This document shows, piece after piece, positions 7,727-18,797 of a DNA stretch of 64,000 nucleotides. The stretch's first letter is position 1. Each line of letters begins with the position of its first letter. Below the pieces are notes generated by a model that was not told where the DNA came from, ran no database searches, and worked only from the letters and a program-made list of their open reading frames with translations. A program made the translations under genes and the position numbers. Origin of the DNA: Thermodesulfobacteriota bacterium (GTDB lineage: Bacteria > Desulfobacterota > Desulfobacteria > Desulfobacterales > JARGFK01); the NCBI GenBank assembly GCA_040757625.1, contig JBFLWU010000007.1:1110-65109 (forward strand), read 5' to 3'.

Positions 7727-8557
7727 TTAAAAAGGCAATCCCTTTTGTCGCTGACTGTTCTCTTGAAGTTTAAGATCAATCATCTTTTCATAGATAAAAC
7801 GCAGGTAGCTGTAGGTCAACCCTGGCCTTCCATCCAGAAAGCCGAGTCGAAAAAAATAGAGGTAAAAAAAGACTGCCAGCGGTCGCCCCGGCAGCTTATA
7901 AGCAAGCTGCTTCATACTTCTGCGCCGGATAGCTGGGTCATTTGAAAGCAGTTCACGGGCATTAAACCTATGCCGGGATTCTCCAGCAAGCAGAGCTGCC
8001 TCCATGCTAGAATATCGGTTATGTCGTTCGAACCAGTGATCAATGCCCTTATTGAAGGGATAATGAATCAAATGCTCCTGAAGATAACCAACGTGCCCAT
8101 CAGTATGATACTCCTCATTGATCTCCCTTAGTACCCTGACACGACCCTTACGAATCAACCGCCCAAACCAGGTAGGATACCCGCTGCTTCGACGAAGCCA
8201 TCTTCCCATAAACATGTCTTTGCGGCGGACACGAAGCAACGAAGTCTCATCGTCAACCCCACAGAATTTATTTTCAATCTCGATCTGCAATTCAGGTGAA
8301 ACACGCTCATCAGCATCCAACATCAGTATCCAATCATGTTTATAACTAACCTCATTGAGCGATGCATTTCTCTGCGCTGCATAATTATCAAACCTGCGCT
8401 GCACAACCTTTGCCCCAGCTGTTTTGGCGATTTCAACCGTGCGATCTGTGCTATAAGAGTCAAACACAACCATGTCATCACACCATTTAACTGAATCCAG
8501 GCAATCACTGAGGTTCACCTCCTCGTTGAGCGTTAGAATTACTATGGAAACGGTCAT
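7727..8557 (-). CDS. glycosyltransferase family 2
   Basis: 276 aa with VSIVILTLNEEVNLSDCLDSV...VVFDSYSTDRTVEIA and LMLDADERV (DxD). Confidence 0.8.
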   Translation of the reverse strand: MTVSIVILTLNEEVNLSDCLDSVKWCDDMVVFDSYSTDRTVEIAKTAGAKVVQRRFDNYAAQRNASLNEVSYKHDWILMLDADERVSPELQIEIENKFCGVDDETSLLRVRRKDMFMGRWLRRSSGYPTWFGRLIRKGRVRVLREINEEYHTDGHVGYLQEHLIHYPFNKGIDHWFERHNRYSSMEAALLAGESRHRFNARELLSNDPAIRRRSMKQLAYKLPGRPLAVFFYLYFFRLGFLDGRPGLTYSYLRFIYEKMIDLKLQENSQRQKGLPF

Positions 8558-9195
8558 GTCTTTCCTTTATTTGCCACGGCAATCATAGACTTTGCCAGAA
8601 TAGGTATTCTGCCAACGCGTAGGAACCGGATATCAGCAAACCCCACCTCATTAAGTAATTGTCGTAAGGTTTTTTTCGACCAAAATTTAATGTGGCCATA
8701 ATCCCAAAGAGCAGTAAAATGATCGTCCATCTTTCCTGTTATAGATAAAGCTACATTCTTCAGGTATCCATGATAGGGTGTAGATATAATTGCACTTCCA
8801 CCATCCTTCAGTAGATCAAAAACACAAGCAGCATATTTATGTGGTTCAAAAACGTGCTCGATGACTTCTAAGCTTATTACAGCGTTAAATTGACCGTAAT
8901 TTTTCTGTAGATCATCATAACATGAGCCTAATTTTAAATTGATATGTGGGAATTTTTTGTTTGCAATCACAATCCCTTCTTTTGATGGATCGACACCAGT
9001 TACTTTATAACCCTTGTTATATAAAAAGTTGGCAACAGAGCCATTACCACAGCCCAATTCAAAAATATTCTTATCTTTATCAAACTTTACTTCATTCAGT
9101 ATTTTAATTAACTTTGGCAGCAAGTATTTGTGGGCACAGTTATGTTCAGCGGTTCTATACTTAAACTCGCTTATTCCAATCATAAATTTATCCAC
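8554..9195 (-). CDS. class I SAM-dependent methyltransferase
   Basis: 213 aa. SAM motif I is IFELGCGNGSV, followed by VTGVDPS and VISLEVIEHV. It overlaps the downstream gene by 4 nt. Confidence 0.8.
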   Translation of the reverse strand: MDKFMIGISEFKYRTAEHNCAHKYLLPKLIKILNEVKFDKDKNIFELGCGNGSVANFLYNKGYKVTGVDPSKEGIVIANKKFPHINLKLGSCYDDLQKNYGQFNAVISLEVIEHVFEPHKYAACVFDLLKDGGSAIISTPYHGYLKNVALSITGKMDDHFTALWDYGHIKFWSKKTLRQLLNEVGFADIRFLRVGRIPILAKSMIAVANKGKT

Positions 9196-9209
9196 AGCAA
9201 GAAAGGGGG

Positions 9210-10958
9210 CTAAATATCATTTTTATTTATTACAAAGTTCCCAAGGCACAACACATCCATATCTGTCCTCAAGAAACAATCCATCGCCTGTTCAGGTGTA
9301 TCTACAATCGGCTCATTCTCATTGAAGCTCGTATTCAGTAAAACCCCCACCCCGGTTTTTCTTCGAAAAGTTTCTATAAGGTCATAGTACCGAGCATTTT
9401 CCTGACGCTTCACGGATTGTAGACGTCCGGTACCGTCGACATGGGTGACAGCCTGCAGCTTCGAGCGCCATTCTGGCCGGATTTTCACCACATGCATCAT
9501 AAAAGGGCTTTCAACATTTTGTTCAAAATACTCGCCCACATATTCTTTTAACACGCTTGGAGCAAAAGGACGAAAAGACTCCCGCCTTTTTATTTTTGAA
9601 TTAATTGTATCTTTCATGTCGGGCAGCATGGGATTAGCCAATATCGAACGGTTACCTAGCGCTCTCGGCCCCCACTCACTTCGGCCCTGATACCAGCCCA
9701 CGACCATACCTTTAACAAGATAATCGACAACTTTGTCCAAAAGGGATTCATCGTCATAATATTCCAACGGCAACCCACAGCTTTCTGCAACCTTTTTCAG
9801 GTGACTTTCAGAATATTCCGGCCCCCAAAACGGATGTGTCATCTGAAAGCGTTTGTTTTGACCAAGTATATGATGCCAGCAATAATAAGCCGCACCAATA
9901 CAAGTGCCATCATCAGATGCGGCACATTGAATATACTGGTTAGCAAAAGGGGTATCTCGTAAGATCCTTGCATTGGTAACGCCATTTAAGGAGCAACCTC
10001 CGGCCATAACAAGTTTTTCCGTAGGGATTTCCTGATGAAGGTGATTCAGGCAATGAATCGCCACATCTTCAAACCTGATCTGGCAAGACTTTGCGATATC
10101 CATCTCACGCTTTTCAATAGGGTTTTTCCGATTTCGAGGCTTACCCAGACGTTTTTCCAGAAGCTTTGTATATAAACGGCCCATAATGATTCTATTGTTG
10201 CCATCGAGCGCACCGCTTTCACCGCCTTCATGCATGCCAAAAAATCGGGTATTTAATTTAAACCATCCATTGGATTCTGAACGGATCAGTTCATTCATTA
10301 GTTCATGGTAGTTATCTTCGCCATATGGAGCCAATCCCATGACCTTGTATTCTTCACCATATTCATCAAATCCAATAAATTGGCACAAAGCAGTGTAAAA
10401 GAAACCGAGACTGTGCGGCAGATGAACCCTATCTATTATTTCAATTCGATTACCCTCGCATCTTGCAGCCATTAGGCTTACGAAATCTCCTGAGGCGTCA
10501 TATGAAAATCCTGCGGTAATCGAATCGAATGGTGAAAGATAATATGCGCTGGCGATATGCGCTAGGTGGTGTTCAATATTTACTGTCTCAAAATGCGCTC
10601 TATCAGGATCGATATCACAAATCTCAGCCAACCTTTCGATCATGTTTTTTGTCTTTACATTTCGCTGTAAATGCTCAACTACAGCTCCGGCTGACTTTAT
10701 AGGGTTTCTTAGTACATATGCGGCCTTGGCTAAACGGTTTGATCTGGCAGCCCTAGCGATAGCGACATGCGTTATATCTTCAAGTGATATGCCTGAAATT
10801 TTAATCACCCTTCTTATGGCATTTTCAGGGAATCTTGGGGAATGCTTCAGTCTCTCTCCCAACCGTTCTTCGGAAATTGCTGATTGCAGCACGCCATCAA
10901 CTACCAAGCATGCTGCCGAGTCCGCATGAAAAGCATTGATCCCTAAAATGACGGCCAA
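9210..10958 (-). CDS. carbamoyltransferase (NodU/CmcH family)
   Basis: 582 aa. N-terminal ILGINAFHADSAACLVVDG and C-terminal LLNTSFNENEPIV are typical of NodU-type O-carbamoyltransferases. Confidence 0.85.
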   Translation of the reverse strand: MAVILGINAFHADSAACLVVDGVLQSAISEERLGERLKHSPRFPENAIRRVIKISGISLEDITHVAIARAARSNRLAKAAYVLRNPIKSAGAVVEHLQRNVKTKNMIERLAEICDIDPDRAHFETVNIEHHLAHIASAYYLSPFDSITAGFSYDASGDFVSLMAARCEGNRIEIIDRVHLPHSLGFFYTALCQFIGFDEYGEEYKVMGLAPYGEDNYHELMNELIRSESNGWFKLNTRFFGMHEGGESGALDGNNRIIMGRLYTKLLEKRLGKPRNRKNPIEKREMDIAKSCQIRFEDVAIHCLNHLHQEIPTEKLVMAGGCSLNGVTNARILRDTPFANQYIQCAASDDGTCIGAAYYCWHHILGQNKRFQMTHPFWGPEYSESHLKKVAESCGLPLEYYDDESLLDKVVDYLVKGMVVGWYQGRSEWGPRALGNRSILANPMLPDMKDTINSKIKRRESFRPFAPSVLKEYVGEYFEQNVESPFMMHVVKIRPEWRSKLQAVTHVDGTGRLQSVKRQENARYYDLIETFRRKTGVGVLLNTSFNENEPIVDTPEQAMDCFLRTDMDVLCLGNFVINKNDI

Positions 10959-11030
10959 ACTTCTAACCCCTCAACCCAAGTCGTGTAAATCTATTACAAA
11001 ATTCATTTGTAGGCCTGATCTGATGTTTTT

Positions 11031-12260
11031 TCAATCGAGACGAAGACAGGAAGGTATATTACTATCACCAATCATCCAGGTATAAACTTGCTCTAACTGC
11101 GTACTGATGCTTTCCCAGTTAAATCGATCACGCGCAAATACATAAGCCCGCTCACCCATTTTGTGAAGCTCACCTGGCGATAAAGAAAGCATCAGTCGAA
11201 GCCCTTCCTTAAGTCCTTCTTCACTCGAGTCAACTTCATATGCCGCATTAGCCAATACGGCCTCGGGTAGGCCACAAGCACATGTAATCAGGGCACCTTT
11301 ACTCTGTGCAAACCCTTCTAGGAGAGAAACTGGAAAAGCCTCACTATATGATGGCAATACACAGAACTCAGCTGCCCTCAACCAGGCGGTTTTGATATCC
11401 CCGGTCACAAATCCTACAAATAAAACATTCTGTTTTCCAGATCCTAATAGCTGCTCTAATGAAGAGACGTAGTCCGACTCTCCGCTCCCAGCTATAACCA
11501 ACAACCACTCATCAGAAGGACGTAATGCTGACCATGCACGCAATAGACGATCTACGCCTTTAATCGGGTGGAGTCGCCCAAGATAAAGGCAAATACGGCG
11601 ATCACGCACCCAAACTGGTAAGAGTGATAGGGGTTCGGGTATGATCTCTGATTTGACAAACTCAATTCCATTTCCAATCACACAGATGGGTTGACGGATA
11701 CCGAAATAACGTAGTGTCTGGTATTCTACTTCAGTAAGTGCATGATAGCATGTAACATGCTCGAATAATGTCCGCATGAAAGTCATACGAGCCAGCCACT
11801 TTTTCCAGGAAGACACCCTGAGTGCGGTCGGATTAAAATTGCCATGGGCTGTCACCATAAATGGTTTGTCGTGACGAATGCACCAATCGGCTACCACGCG
11901 ATTAGTATGCATCCACACACCATGCATACTGGCCAGGTCCCAGTTGCAATGTTCCTGCTTTAACCAACGGCTCAAGCCTGTTGTGTAGTGTAACGAGTAA
12001 GGTCCATATCGTTGAAAAGCCCGCGCTTCAACTACCCAGCGGTCAAGATCTTTATCACTTGGGCCTTTGGTTCCAACAACCGTTACCTGATGCCCACGTT
12101 TTTGCAACGTTTTAGCTGTCTGCTGCACTGTATGATAAGGTCCGCTGCTTTCGTTGAACAAGCAGCCAGTGACAAAAAGTATTGATTTGGTCCTAATCTT
12201 ATTCGATCTCGAATCGGACAGACATGTATGATTCGCTGCAGAATGTTCTATTACCATCAT
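11031..12260 (-). CDS. glycosyltransferase, GT-B fold (GT4-like)
   Basis: 409 aa. The C-terminal half carries an EX7E-like region (VLPSYSEAFPVSLLEGFA). Confidence 0.75.
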   Translation of the reverse strand: MMVIEHSAANHTCLSDSRSNKIRTKSILFVTGCLFNESSGPYHTVQQTAKTLQKRGHQVTVVGTKGPSDKDLDRWVVEARAFQRYGPYSLHYTTGLSRWLKQEHCNWDLASMHGVWMHTNRVVADWCIRHDKPFMVTAHGNFNPTALRVSSWKKWLARMTFMRTLFEHVTCYHALTEVEYQTLRYFGIRQPICVIGNGIEFVKSEIIPEPLSLLPVWVRDRRICLYLGRLHPIKGVDRLLRAWSALRPSDEWLLVIAGSGESDYVSSLEQLLGSGKQNVLFVGFVTGDIKTAWLRAAEFCVLPSYSEAFPVSLLEGFAQSKGALITCACGLPEAVLANAAYEVDSSEEGLKEGLRLMLSLSPGELHKMGERAYVFARDRFNWESISTQLEQVYTWMIGDSNIPSCLRLD

Positions 12261-12537
12261 ATCTCTTGGTACTTATTAAAGTTTATGCTGTTCTGCATGG
12301 CATTCAAATCAACTATCAAGCATCTTCTAGAGAATAGAGTTTTCAGGTCGGCTACTGTTTGTGACAGAAGATTTACTGCTTTAATGTTGCTCAACAATCT
12401 AAAATTATTCTATCCCATTTTTCAGTTTGACTTGCCAGCCCAATCTTATGTCCGAATGCCTTTCTGATGGCGCAACTCGATGTTCAAGAATAAAATGATA
12501 GGCACAAAAAATAATGGAGGTTTTTTACAAATCTTAT

Positions 12538-13722
12538 TCAGATAGGTGTCATAGTACTTATGAATCGATTGCTCGTAGTCTGAACAGCATTCATAAAACT
12601 CGCGGCCATATTCGGAAGATTGATCTGAGTACAAATAATTTCAAGTGAATTGGCTCCCATTTCCTGAATCTTTTTCGGATGATCAAGCATTTTTATAATG
12701 GCTGAACGCAGACTATTAACATCTCCAACTTTAAAAAATAATCCATTTATATTTTCCCGAACCAAATCAGCTTCCGTGCCATCACCGAAAGATACAATAA
12801 CCGGCTTACCGTAAGTCATAGCCTGATGTATTGCCAAGCCACCGGCACCTGGTAAAGCAAAAATATCCGAGCCCATAAAACATTTCGCAAGCGGTAATCC
12901 TGTTTGATGACCGGCAAAATGAATACATTTACCATACGGCGCAGCCATACTTTTAAGCTCACTTTGATATGGGCCGTCACCGACAATTAACAATTGACAG
13001 CGGTTAAACAAAGGCGCACAAGCCTCAATTATCAAATCAATTCTTTTTGAGGCTATTAAACGCCCAACAAAAAGGATAATCGGTAAATTAGGTTCGAAAC
13101 CCCGCTCTTTCCTCCAAGAATTGATCCACTGTGTATTTTGACTAAACTGTTGCATATATTGTGACGACTCAGAATCATCTATCGAATTATATGCGACAAA
13201 TACATTCTCTGGTTCCATCCCCGCTGCTATATAATCTTTTTTTGCTTTGCTGCTGTATGCAATAATTCCATTTGTTGCGGATATAACAAATTTCGCAATT
13301 CGACGGCGAATCCACTTTTGCAAAACCGGACCCGACCGCGCTTGTTCACCCAAACCCCATCCAAGAACCGGACGCTTCTTTCTTCTCATCCATGCAATAG
13401 CAATCCAACTGCTTAATATCCGTGGATTTATGTCAATAACCAGAATATCGGGGTCGGTCTGCCTCAGCCATGTAAGAATACCCGACTGCCAGAATATCAA
13501 GGGTAACGGGGACTGTGTATAGTAGTTTTTTCCAATGAATAATCTCGCACCGGTTACCGAATCTGCTGTTTTCAAAGTCTCGTCGGGCATAGGCTCGCCC
13601 GAATAAATATCTATGTCAGCGCTATAGATTTTAATGAGTTTCTCAAAAAAAGGTCGTCTGTATGACGCGAGAACTCGCTGGATTATAGCAATACGAAGTT
13701 TTTGTTTGTCTTCGCTGGCCAT
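12538..13722 (-). CDS. glycosyltransferase, GT-B fold (GT4-like)
   Basis: 394 aa with ILFVGRLIASKRIDLII and FALPGAGGLAIHQAMTYGKPVI. Confidence 0.75.
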   Translation of the reverse strand: MASEDKQKLRIAIIQRVLASYRRPFFEKLIKIYSADIDIYSGEPMPDETLKTADSVTGARLFIGKNYYTQSPLPLIFWQSGILTWLRQTDPDILVIDINPRILSSWIAIAWMRRKKRPVLGWGLGEQARSGPVLQKWIRRRIAKFVISATNGIIAYSSKAKKDYIAAGMEPENVFVAYNSIDDSESSQYMQQFSQNTQWINSWRKERGFEPNLPIILFVGRLIASKRIDLIIEACAPLFNRCQLLIVGDGPYQSELKSMAAPYGKCIHFAGHQTGLPLAKCFMGSDIFALPGAGGLAIHQAMTYGKPVIVSFGDGTEADLVRENINGLFFKVGDVNSLRSAIIKMLDHPKKIQEMGANSLEIICTQINLPNMAASFMNAVQTTSNRFISTMTPI

Positions 13723-13726
13723 AAGA

Positions 13727-14815
13727 TTATCTTTCTGTAAGGATATCCGCTATCCGCGAGGAAGCATGTCCATCCCATAACGGCGGCACCCGCCCTATTT
13801 TTTGATTTCCGTTTAAAATTATTGACACTTCATCCAACAGCCTGCCGGCATCCTGACCGACCAATATGTTTGTGCCCATACTGACTGTGACAGGCCTTTC
13901 AGTATTTGACCGCATTGTGAGGCAAGGAACTCCCAAAAAAGTCGTTTCTTCCTGTATACCTCCGGAATCGGTAATAACCACCTTCGCATACTGCTGCAAG
14001 GACAGAAATTCCAAATATCCAAGTGGTTTTGTAATTTGAAAATTTGAATTGGTTTGAATCACCGGACTTTTTTGAAACATTTTCTGTGTTCGTGGATGCA
14101 TAGGAAAAAGAACAGTTATATTTTGGCTGATTTCGGACAAGGCATTTATGATATTGTTCAGCAGTTTTGGATTATCCACATTTGAAGGACGGTGAAGAGT
14201 AACAAGTATATAACGGCCTTTATCTACATAAATTTCATTAAAACGGATTTTGCCTTCATTCCAGAAGTTCTCAGCCAAAGGCAATAAATGCACAAGGGTA
14301 TCGATCATTACATTGCCGACGCAAAATATTTTTTCTTCAGCAATACCTTCCCGCTTCAGATTTATGTCTCCATCTGTTGAAGTCGTAAAAAGAAAATCGG
14401 CAAGTTGGTCTGTAATAATCCGGTTGATCTCTTCCGGCATGGTGCGATCAAAAGATCTAAGTCCAGCTTCCACATGTCCAATCTTCACTCCAAGTTTGGC
14501 ACAAACAATAGATGCCGCTACGGTAGAATTAACGTCGCCATATACCAGAACCATATCCGGCTTTAAATTTAATAAAACCGGTTCAAGCTTCATCATGACC
14601 TGGGCTGTCTGAACAGCATGAGAGCCGGACCCTACATCTAGATCGAAATCAGGTTCCGGAAGACATAGTTGCTCGAAAAAAATATCCGACATCCGTGTGT
14701 CGTAATGCTGACCGGTATGAATCAATCTTTGGGGAATACCTCTGCTTTTCAAAGCTTGTATGACAGGTGCCGCTTTCATGAAATTCGGTCGAGCACCAAC
14801 AATATGACAGATCAT
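13727..14815 (-). CDS. wecB: UDP-N-acetylglucosamine 2-epimerase (non-hydrolysing)
   Basis: 362 aa with GARPNFMKAAPV, HTGQHYD..MS..FF, VYGDVNST and DSGGIQEETTFLGVPCLT. Confidence 0.9.
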   Translation of the reverse strand: MICHIVGARPNFMKAAPVIQALKSRGIPQRLIHTGQHYDTRMSDIFFEQLCLPEPDFDLDVGSGSHAVQTAQVMMKLEPVLLNLKPDMVLVYGDVNSTVAASIVCAKLGVKIGHVEAGLRSFDRTMPEEINRIITDQLADFLFTTSTDGDINLKREGIAEEKIFCVGNVMIDTLVHLLPLAENFWNEGKIRFNEIYVDKGRYILVTLHRPSNVDNPKLLNNIINALSEISQNITVLFPMHPRTQKMFQKSPVIQTNSNFQITKPLGYLEFLSLQQYAKVVITDSGGIQEETTFLGVPCLTMRSNTERPVTVSMGTNILVGQDAGRLLDEVSIILNGNQKIGRVPPLWDGHASSRIADILTER

Positions 14816-14839
14816 TCTATCCTTTCATAACCTAATATA

Positions 14840-15475
14840 TCAACACGGCTTTACCCATAACCTGGTTTTTTTTATACCATTTGTCGATACAATCGTCCGC
14901 CAGTTCTTTATTCTACCAAGCAAATCAAACCATTCAGTTTCAGTTTGATAATTTCCCTTTTCAAAATATGTACCAGAAGCGTCGCTTGGTACATAACGTT
15001 CGGAATCATCCAATACTACAATTCCGCCAATCCGAATTTTCGATAAAACATTTTTGAAACAAACATGTCTGATTTTACCATCCAACAATGCAAAATCAAA
15101 ATATTCATCCGGAAATTCGTTAACCACATCAGCATAAGATTGATTTTCACTGTAATTTTTTATTTTAGTATTAAGAGCAATAATCCGATAATCTACTTTG
15201 AAAGAAATGTTTTTTTCTTTTATAAGTTCAAGCGTTTTGTTATGCCAAACAGGATCGTGTTCAATACTAACTATGCGCCTGACACGTTCTGCAAACCAGA
15301 GTGTGCTTCTGCCTGACCCCCACTCAATTCCGATATCATCGGGAGTCAGCCAGTCTGCCAATATGCTTATAGCGCTGGATGTCAACCACGGATTATCAGG
15401 ATGTATCTTTTGGTATATGATATCCTTCGCTCTACTCAAAACATATTTTGGCGTCCAGTGTCGAAAAGATCTCAT
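14840..15475 (-). CDS. probable class I methyltransferase-fold protein
   Basis: 211 aa with IEWGSGRSTLWFAERVRRIVSIEHD and FALLDG...GGIVVLDD. This resembles SAM-MT fold proteins found in glycan loci, but the assignment is weak. Confidence 0.5.
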   Translation of the reverse strand: MRSFRHWTPKYVLSRAKDIIYQKIHPDNPWLTSSAISILADWLTPDDIGIEWGSGRSTLWFAERVRRIVSIEHDPVWHNKTLELIKEKNISFKVDYRIIALNTKIKNYSENQSYADVVNEFPDEYFDFALLDGKIRHVCFKNVLSKIRIGGIVVLDDSERYVPSDASGTYFEKGNYQTETEWFDLLGRIKNWRTIVSTNGIKKTRLWVKPC

Positions 15476-15500
15476 ATAAAATGTGTTAAAAATTTAAATG

Positions 15501-16235
15501 TTATCCAAGCTGGCTTTCGGCAAGTAGGCAACCCTGATAAGTAAAACTTGCTGATGCAACCCGTACAGACAGCCTAAGCAATGTTGTCTTGATTGCCCAG
15601 TGAAGCCAACCTTTCCAAAATGCTCTTTTATAGGTGAAGGTTTGCAGACTTGGACAGGTCAATTGTTCGGCAATTACTCTTAATCCTGATGATTCAACCA
15701 GATGTCGCAACAATAAAGGATTATAAAGGTTAATATGTCCTACGGAAGTCTTTTTAAAGTTATGTGGCGTTCGGTAATTTAATTCAAGAGGAACTTCAAC
15801 AAATACGTACTTGGCAATCCGTGCCGCTTCATCTAATAAATGTCTGGGACATTCCACATGCTCCAATACATGGCTGAATACTGCCAAATCAAAAGACTTA
15901 TCTCCAGCGGGGATACTACAGCCATCAAATAAAACAAAATTACATTGAGCTTTATATTTCCGCTTTCCGGCATTCGCCAAACCGGATTCGGATATCTCCA
16001 TGCCCGTATAAAATTTTGCGAAATTAAGACTATCCAATTCACCGACAAGTGCTCCGTCTCCACATCCAATATCAACCAGCGAAGGCCGCCCACCAACGCA
16101 TTTAGTCCAGAGATCTATTACATTTTTAGCTTTATCGCACGCCCCGATTTCCCGCCATACCCTAATGTTTGGATCGTTATAATACTCACGATAAAAGTCC
16201 CTGTTATTTTGTTCCATTTGCGTCTTGGCCATCAA
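15501..16235 (-). CDS. class I SAM-dependent methyltransferase
   Basis: 244 aa. Motif I is LVDIGCGDGALV, followed by FDLAVFSHVLEHV. Confidence 0.8.
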   Translation of the reverse strand: MMAKTQMEQNNRDFYREYYNDPNIRVWREIGACDKAKNVIDLWTKCVGGRPSLVDIGCGDGALVGELDSLNFAKFYTGMEISESGLANAGKRKYKAQCNFVLFDGCSIPAGDKSFDLAVFSHVLEHVECPRHLLDEAARIAKYVFVEVPLELNYRTPHNFKKTSVGHINLYNPLLLRHLVESSGLRVIAEQLTCPSLQTFTYKRAFWKGWLHWAIKTTLLRLSVRVASASFTYQGCLLAESQLG

Positions 16236-16244
16236 TACCCAGTC

Positions 16245-17249
16245 TCATTGAAACAGCACTTCCATGTATTGGTCCACCATGTGACTCAAATCATAACGAG
16301 ATTCAGCCAGTAGGCGTGCGCCATCTCTGAAACTATCCATTTTTTTAGTAATCAGCAAAACTGCATCGACTAACTCTTCAACGTTAACTAATGCATCCTG
16401 TTTCCATAGATCAGCTTTTGGCTTGACAAGAAAACCTGATTTATTAGTAAGGATTTCAGGTAGCACCCCTAATTTGTAGCCCAATACCGGTGTCCCACAT
16501 GATAGTGATTCAAGAACGCTATTAGGACATGCCGCAATAATATCTGTGGAAATAAATATGTTTGAACCACGATAATAATAAGGCAATTCCGAATTTGGCA
16601 CCAACCCTTTATAATCAACGAAAGGATATCTTGAAAAATGGTCTCCCACATTATTATGGGGATTACCAAAAAATAATAATTCAATTTTAAGACCACTCTC
16701 GATTAATTTTTTTGATAACCCAATTGCCATATTTGAATTTTCTACACTTTGGTTTCCTTCAACACTTATTAAACAAACATCTCCTTTGGATTGATACCTT
16801 TTCCCTATTGGGCTAAAATTATTAAGATCAACGCCATTATATATTATCGAAGCTGCGGATTTGGATTTTCCGCAATATGATATCCAACGTTCTTCCACAT
16901 ATTTACTTTGGTATATAACATGATCAGCTAATTTAGAACGTATAATTCGCATAATATAATTTCTAATCTCAGCCATAAAATAGTTTCTTAATTTACTCTT
17001 TTTAAATCGATGTTCGAAGTTGGGATTACCCAATCTCTGAACAACCCTGACACCCTTTTTTTTTAATTCAAACAATTTTTGAAGATTCTTCGTTCCATTT
17101 ATTACTAGAATAGAATCAAGCGAAGGTGTCTCAATATTATAAGTTACTTCAACACCATGGAATCTCAAACCAGCCGAAATTTTTTCTTCAAATGACGGAG
17201 GACCTCCAAACATTCCTCTCAAATCAGGGGTAATACAAATTTTTCTCAT
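16245..17249 (-). CDS. glycosyltransferase, GT-B fold
   Basis: 334 aa with a GT1/GT4-like C-terminal half (CPNSVLESLSCGTPVLG). It overlaps the upstream gene by 4 nt. Confidence 0.7.
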   Translation of the reverse strand: MRKICITPDLRGMFGGPPSFEEKISAGLRFHGVEVTYNIETPSLDSILVINGTKNLQKLFELKKKGVRVVQRLGNPNFEHRFKKSKLRNYFMAEIRNYIMRIIRSKLADHVIYQSKYVEERWISYCGKSKSAASIIYNGVDLNNFSPIGKRYQSKGDVCLISVEGNQSVENSNMAIGLSKKLIESGLKIELLFFGNPHNNVGDHFSRYPFVDYKGLVPNSELPYYYRGSNIFISTDIIAACPNSVLESLSCGTPVLGYKLGVLPEILTNKSGFLVKPKADLWKQDALVNVEELVDAVLLITKKMDSFRDGARLLAESRYDLSHMVDQYMEVLFQ

Positions 17250-18778
17250 AACGTATTCATCTCAGCAATCTTCTTGTTATCATAAGATTTTAGTTTAAGA
17301 GGCCCGGAATTTATAAGAACGCTAAGAGATAAGAAATAAATTATTGGAAGAGATCCGATTATTGCATACTTTAACATACCAAAATTAAAAACCAAAAATG
17401 TCATGCCTGTATCTCTGAAACTATAGTAGGATAATATCGCTACCATTTCAAAATAAAGCCAAAATTGTAACAATTTTGAATACTTTGATTTATTAACAAA
17501 TGATGCCATTAATGCAATCGGAACAAAAATATAAATTATGCTACCGAATGAATCTGCAAGTCGACTTTCCGTACTGAATAAGGTTATCCAAACATAAATT
17601 GTTAGGAGTTTCACAAACCAGTTATTTCTATTGCGGCGTTGCCACTCAAATACTATTCCAAACAACACGCCAATTGTGAAACTAAATAAAATAACAACCC
17701 AATATCCATTCCATGAATAAAGCTCAGCTGCTGTTGCATAATTTTCCCCACCTATTCCTCCGAAAGGATTATTTCCATAATAGAAAGTATTTACTATGGC
17801 CATCCACATATTAGATGTTCCAGGAATAGATATCGCAGGCAGAAAACGAATAATTGATCCCAAGATATTTATTGCACCCGTGTAAGGAACAAAATTAGGG
17901 AAATAATAATATACGAGAGCTGTTTGATCTAACCTGTGAGACATTAATATCCTTGCAAGTAGAGAGTATAACCCTTCACTTACTGAACCAACGCCAAAAC
18001 GCACAAAACTTATAAACAATAAAAACGATACCCCTAAAAGAATAAATTTGATTAACTGACTAAATTTTATGCTTTTAAAGCCATAATGATATGCCATCAC
18101 CATCATAATAACGCTAAATATTACACGAGCGCGGCCTCCATAAATGGCTTGAAAAAAAATAAATAAAACCATACCTGTTATTGCTATTTTTAAGCGCCAT
18201 GATTTTCCGTTCGAGAAATACATCATAGACAACGCACCGATTTGCATCAATACTGATAAAAGGCGAAAATAATGAAACTCAGTTGCAGATAATACCTCTA
18301 AATCCGAGTAAACAGCCCTTTCAGACATAATTCCAAGCAATGACCTGCCTGGTAATAGATAAGCAATTACCAAGATGTTGGCAATGAAACCAATCCAAAA
18401 GAACAAAACCGAGACTGTCCAACCATTTGAAATTTGAAATTGTGTGTATATTTGACTATTTCCTTTTTCTTCATAAAATACTGATTTATTCGGCCAGGCC
18501 ATTTTTGAAAAAATCATTCCGCTTACGATAGTAAAATATGTTAAAAAAATTAAAAAAATTGCGGGAATTCGTTCTGAAAATGTCGCTTTTGTATAAATAA
18601 AAGAGCTGAAAGGAATATCAAACCAAATATTAGCTAACGGACCGACACCGAGATCATGGGTTACAAGCAAACCTAACAATAACAAAGGCGAACCCAACCA
18701 ATTAGGCCATTTAGTCTTTGATAACTTTAAGCACAATAAAATTCCAATAGCTGAATTTATGTAAAAAATATATTCCAC
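17246..18778 (-). CDS. polytopic membrane protein, probable O-antigen/repeat-unit polymerase (Wzy-like)
   Basis: 510 aa, very AT-rich and hydrophobic throughout (more than 10 predicted TM helices). The call rests on its position among GT genes next to a Wzx-type locus, with no sequence motif to support it. Confidence 0.55.
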   Translation of the reverse strand: MEYIFYINSAIGILLCLKLSKTKWPNWLGSPLLLLGLLVTHDLGVGPLANIWFDIPFSSFIYTKATFSERIPAIFLIFLTYFTIVSGMIFSKMAWPNKSVFYEEKGNSQIYTQFQISNGWTVSVLFFWIGFIANILVIAYLLPGRSLLGIMSERAVYSDLEVLSATEFHYFRLLSVLMQIGALSMMYFSNGKSWRLKIAITGMVLFIFFQAIYGGRARVIFSVIMMVMAYHYGFKSIKFSQLIKFILLGVSFLLFISFVRFGVGSVSEGLYSLLARILMSHRLDQTALVYYYFPNFVPYTGAINILGSIIRFLPAISIPGTSNMWMAIVNTFYYGNNPFGGIGGENYATAAELYSWNGYWVVILFSFTIGVLFGIVFEWQRRNRNNWFVKLLTIYVWITLFSTESRLADSFGSIIYIFVPIALMASFVNKSKYSKLLQFWLYFEMVAILSYYSFRDTGMTFLVFNFGMLKYAIIGSLPIIYFLSLSVLINSGPLKLKSYDNKKIAEMNTL

Positions 18779-18797
18779 AACATTACTTTCTTCAACA

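Noticed and set aside
12446-12634. The 62-aa minus-strand ORF, and the 79-aa plus-strand ORF (12228-12467), in or near the 277-bp spacer between two glycosyltransferase genes.
   Set aside because: They overlap the neighbouring genes' ends, are AT-rich low-complexity sequence, and have no RBS or motifs. The spacer may hold an internal promoter, but I cannot support one from sequence.
13085-13105. A tRNA T-arm-like string, AGGTTCGAAACCCC.
   Set aside because: It lies inside a well-supported glycosyltransferase ORF, and no acceptor or anticodon stems can be drawn around it. No other tRNA-like sequence was seen in the window.
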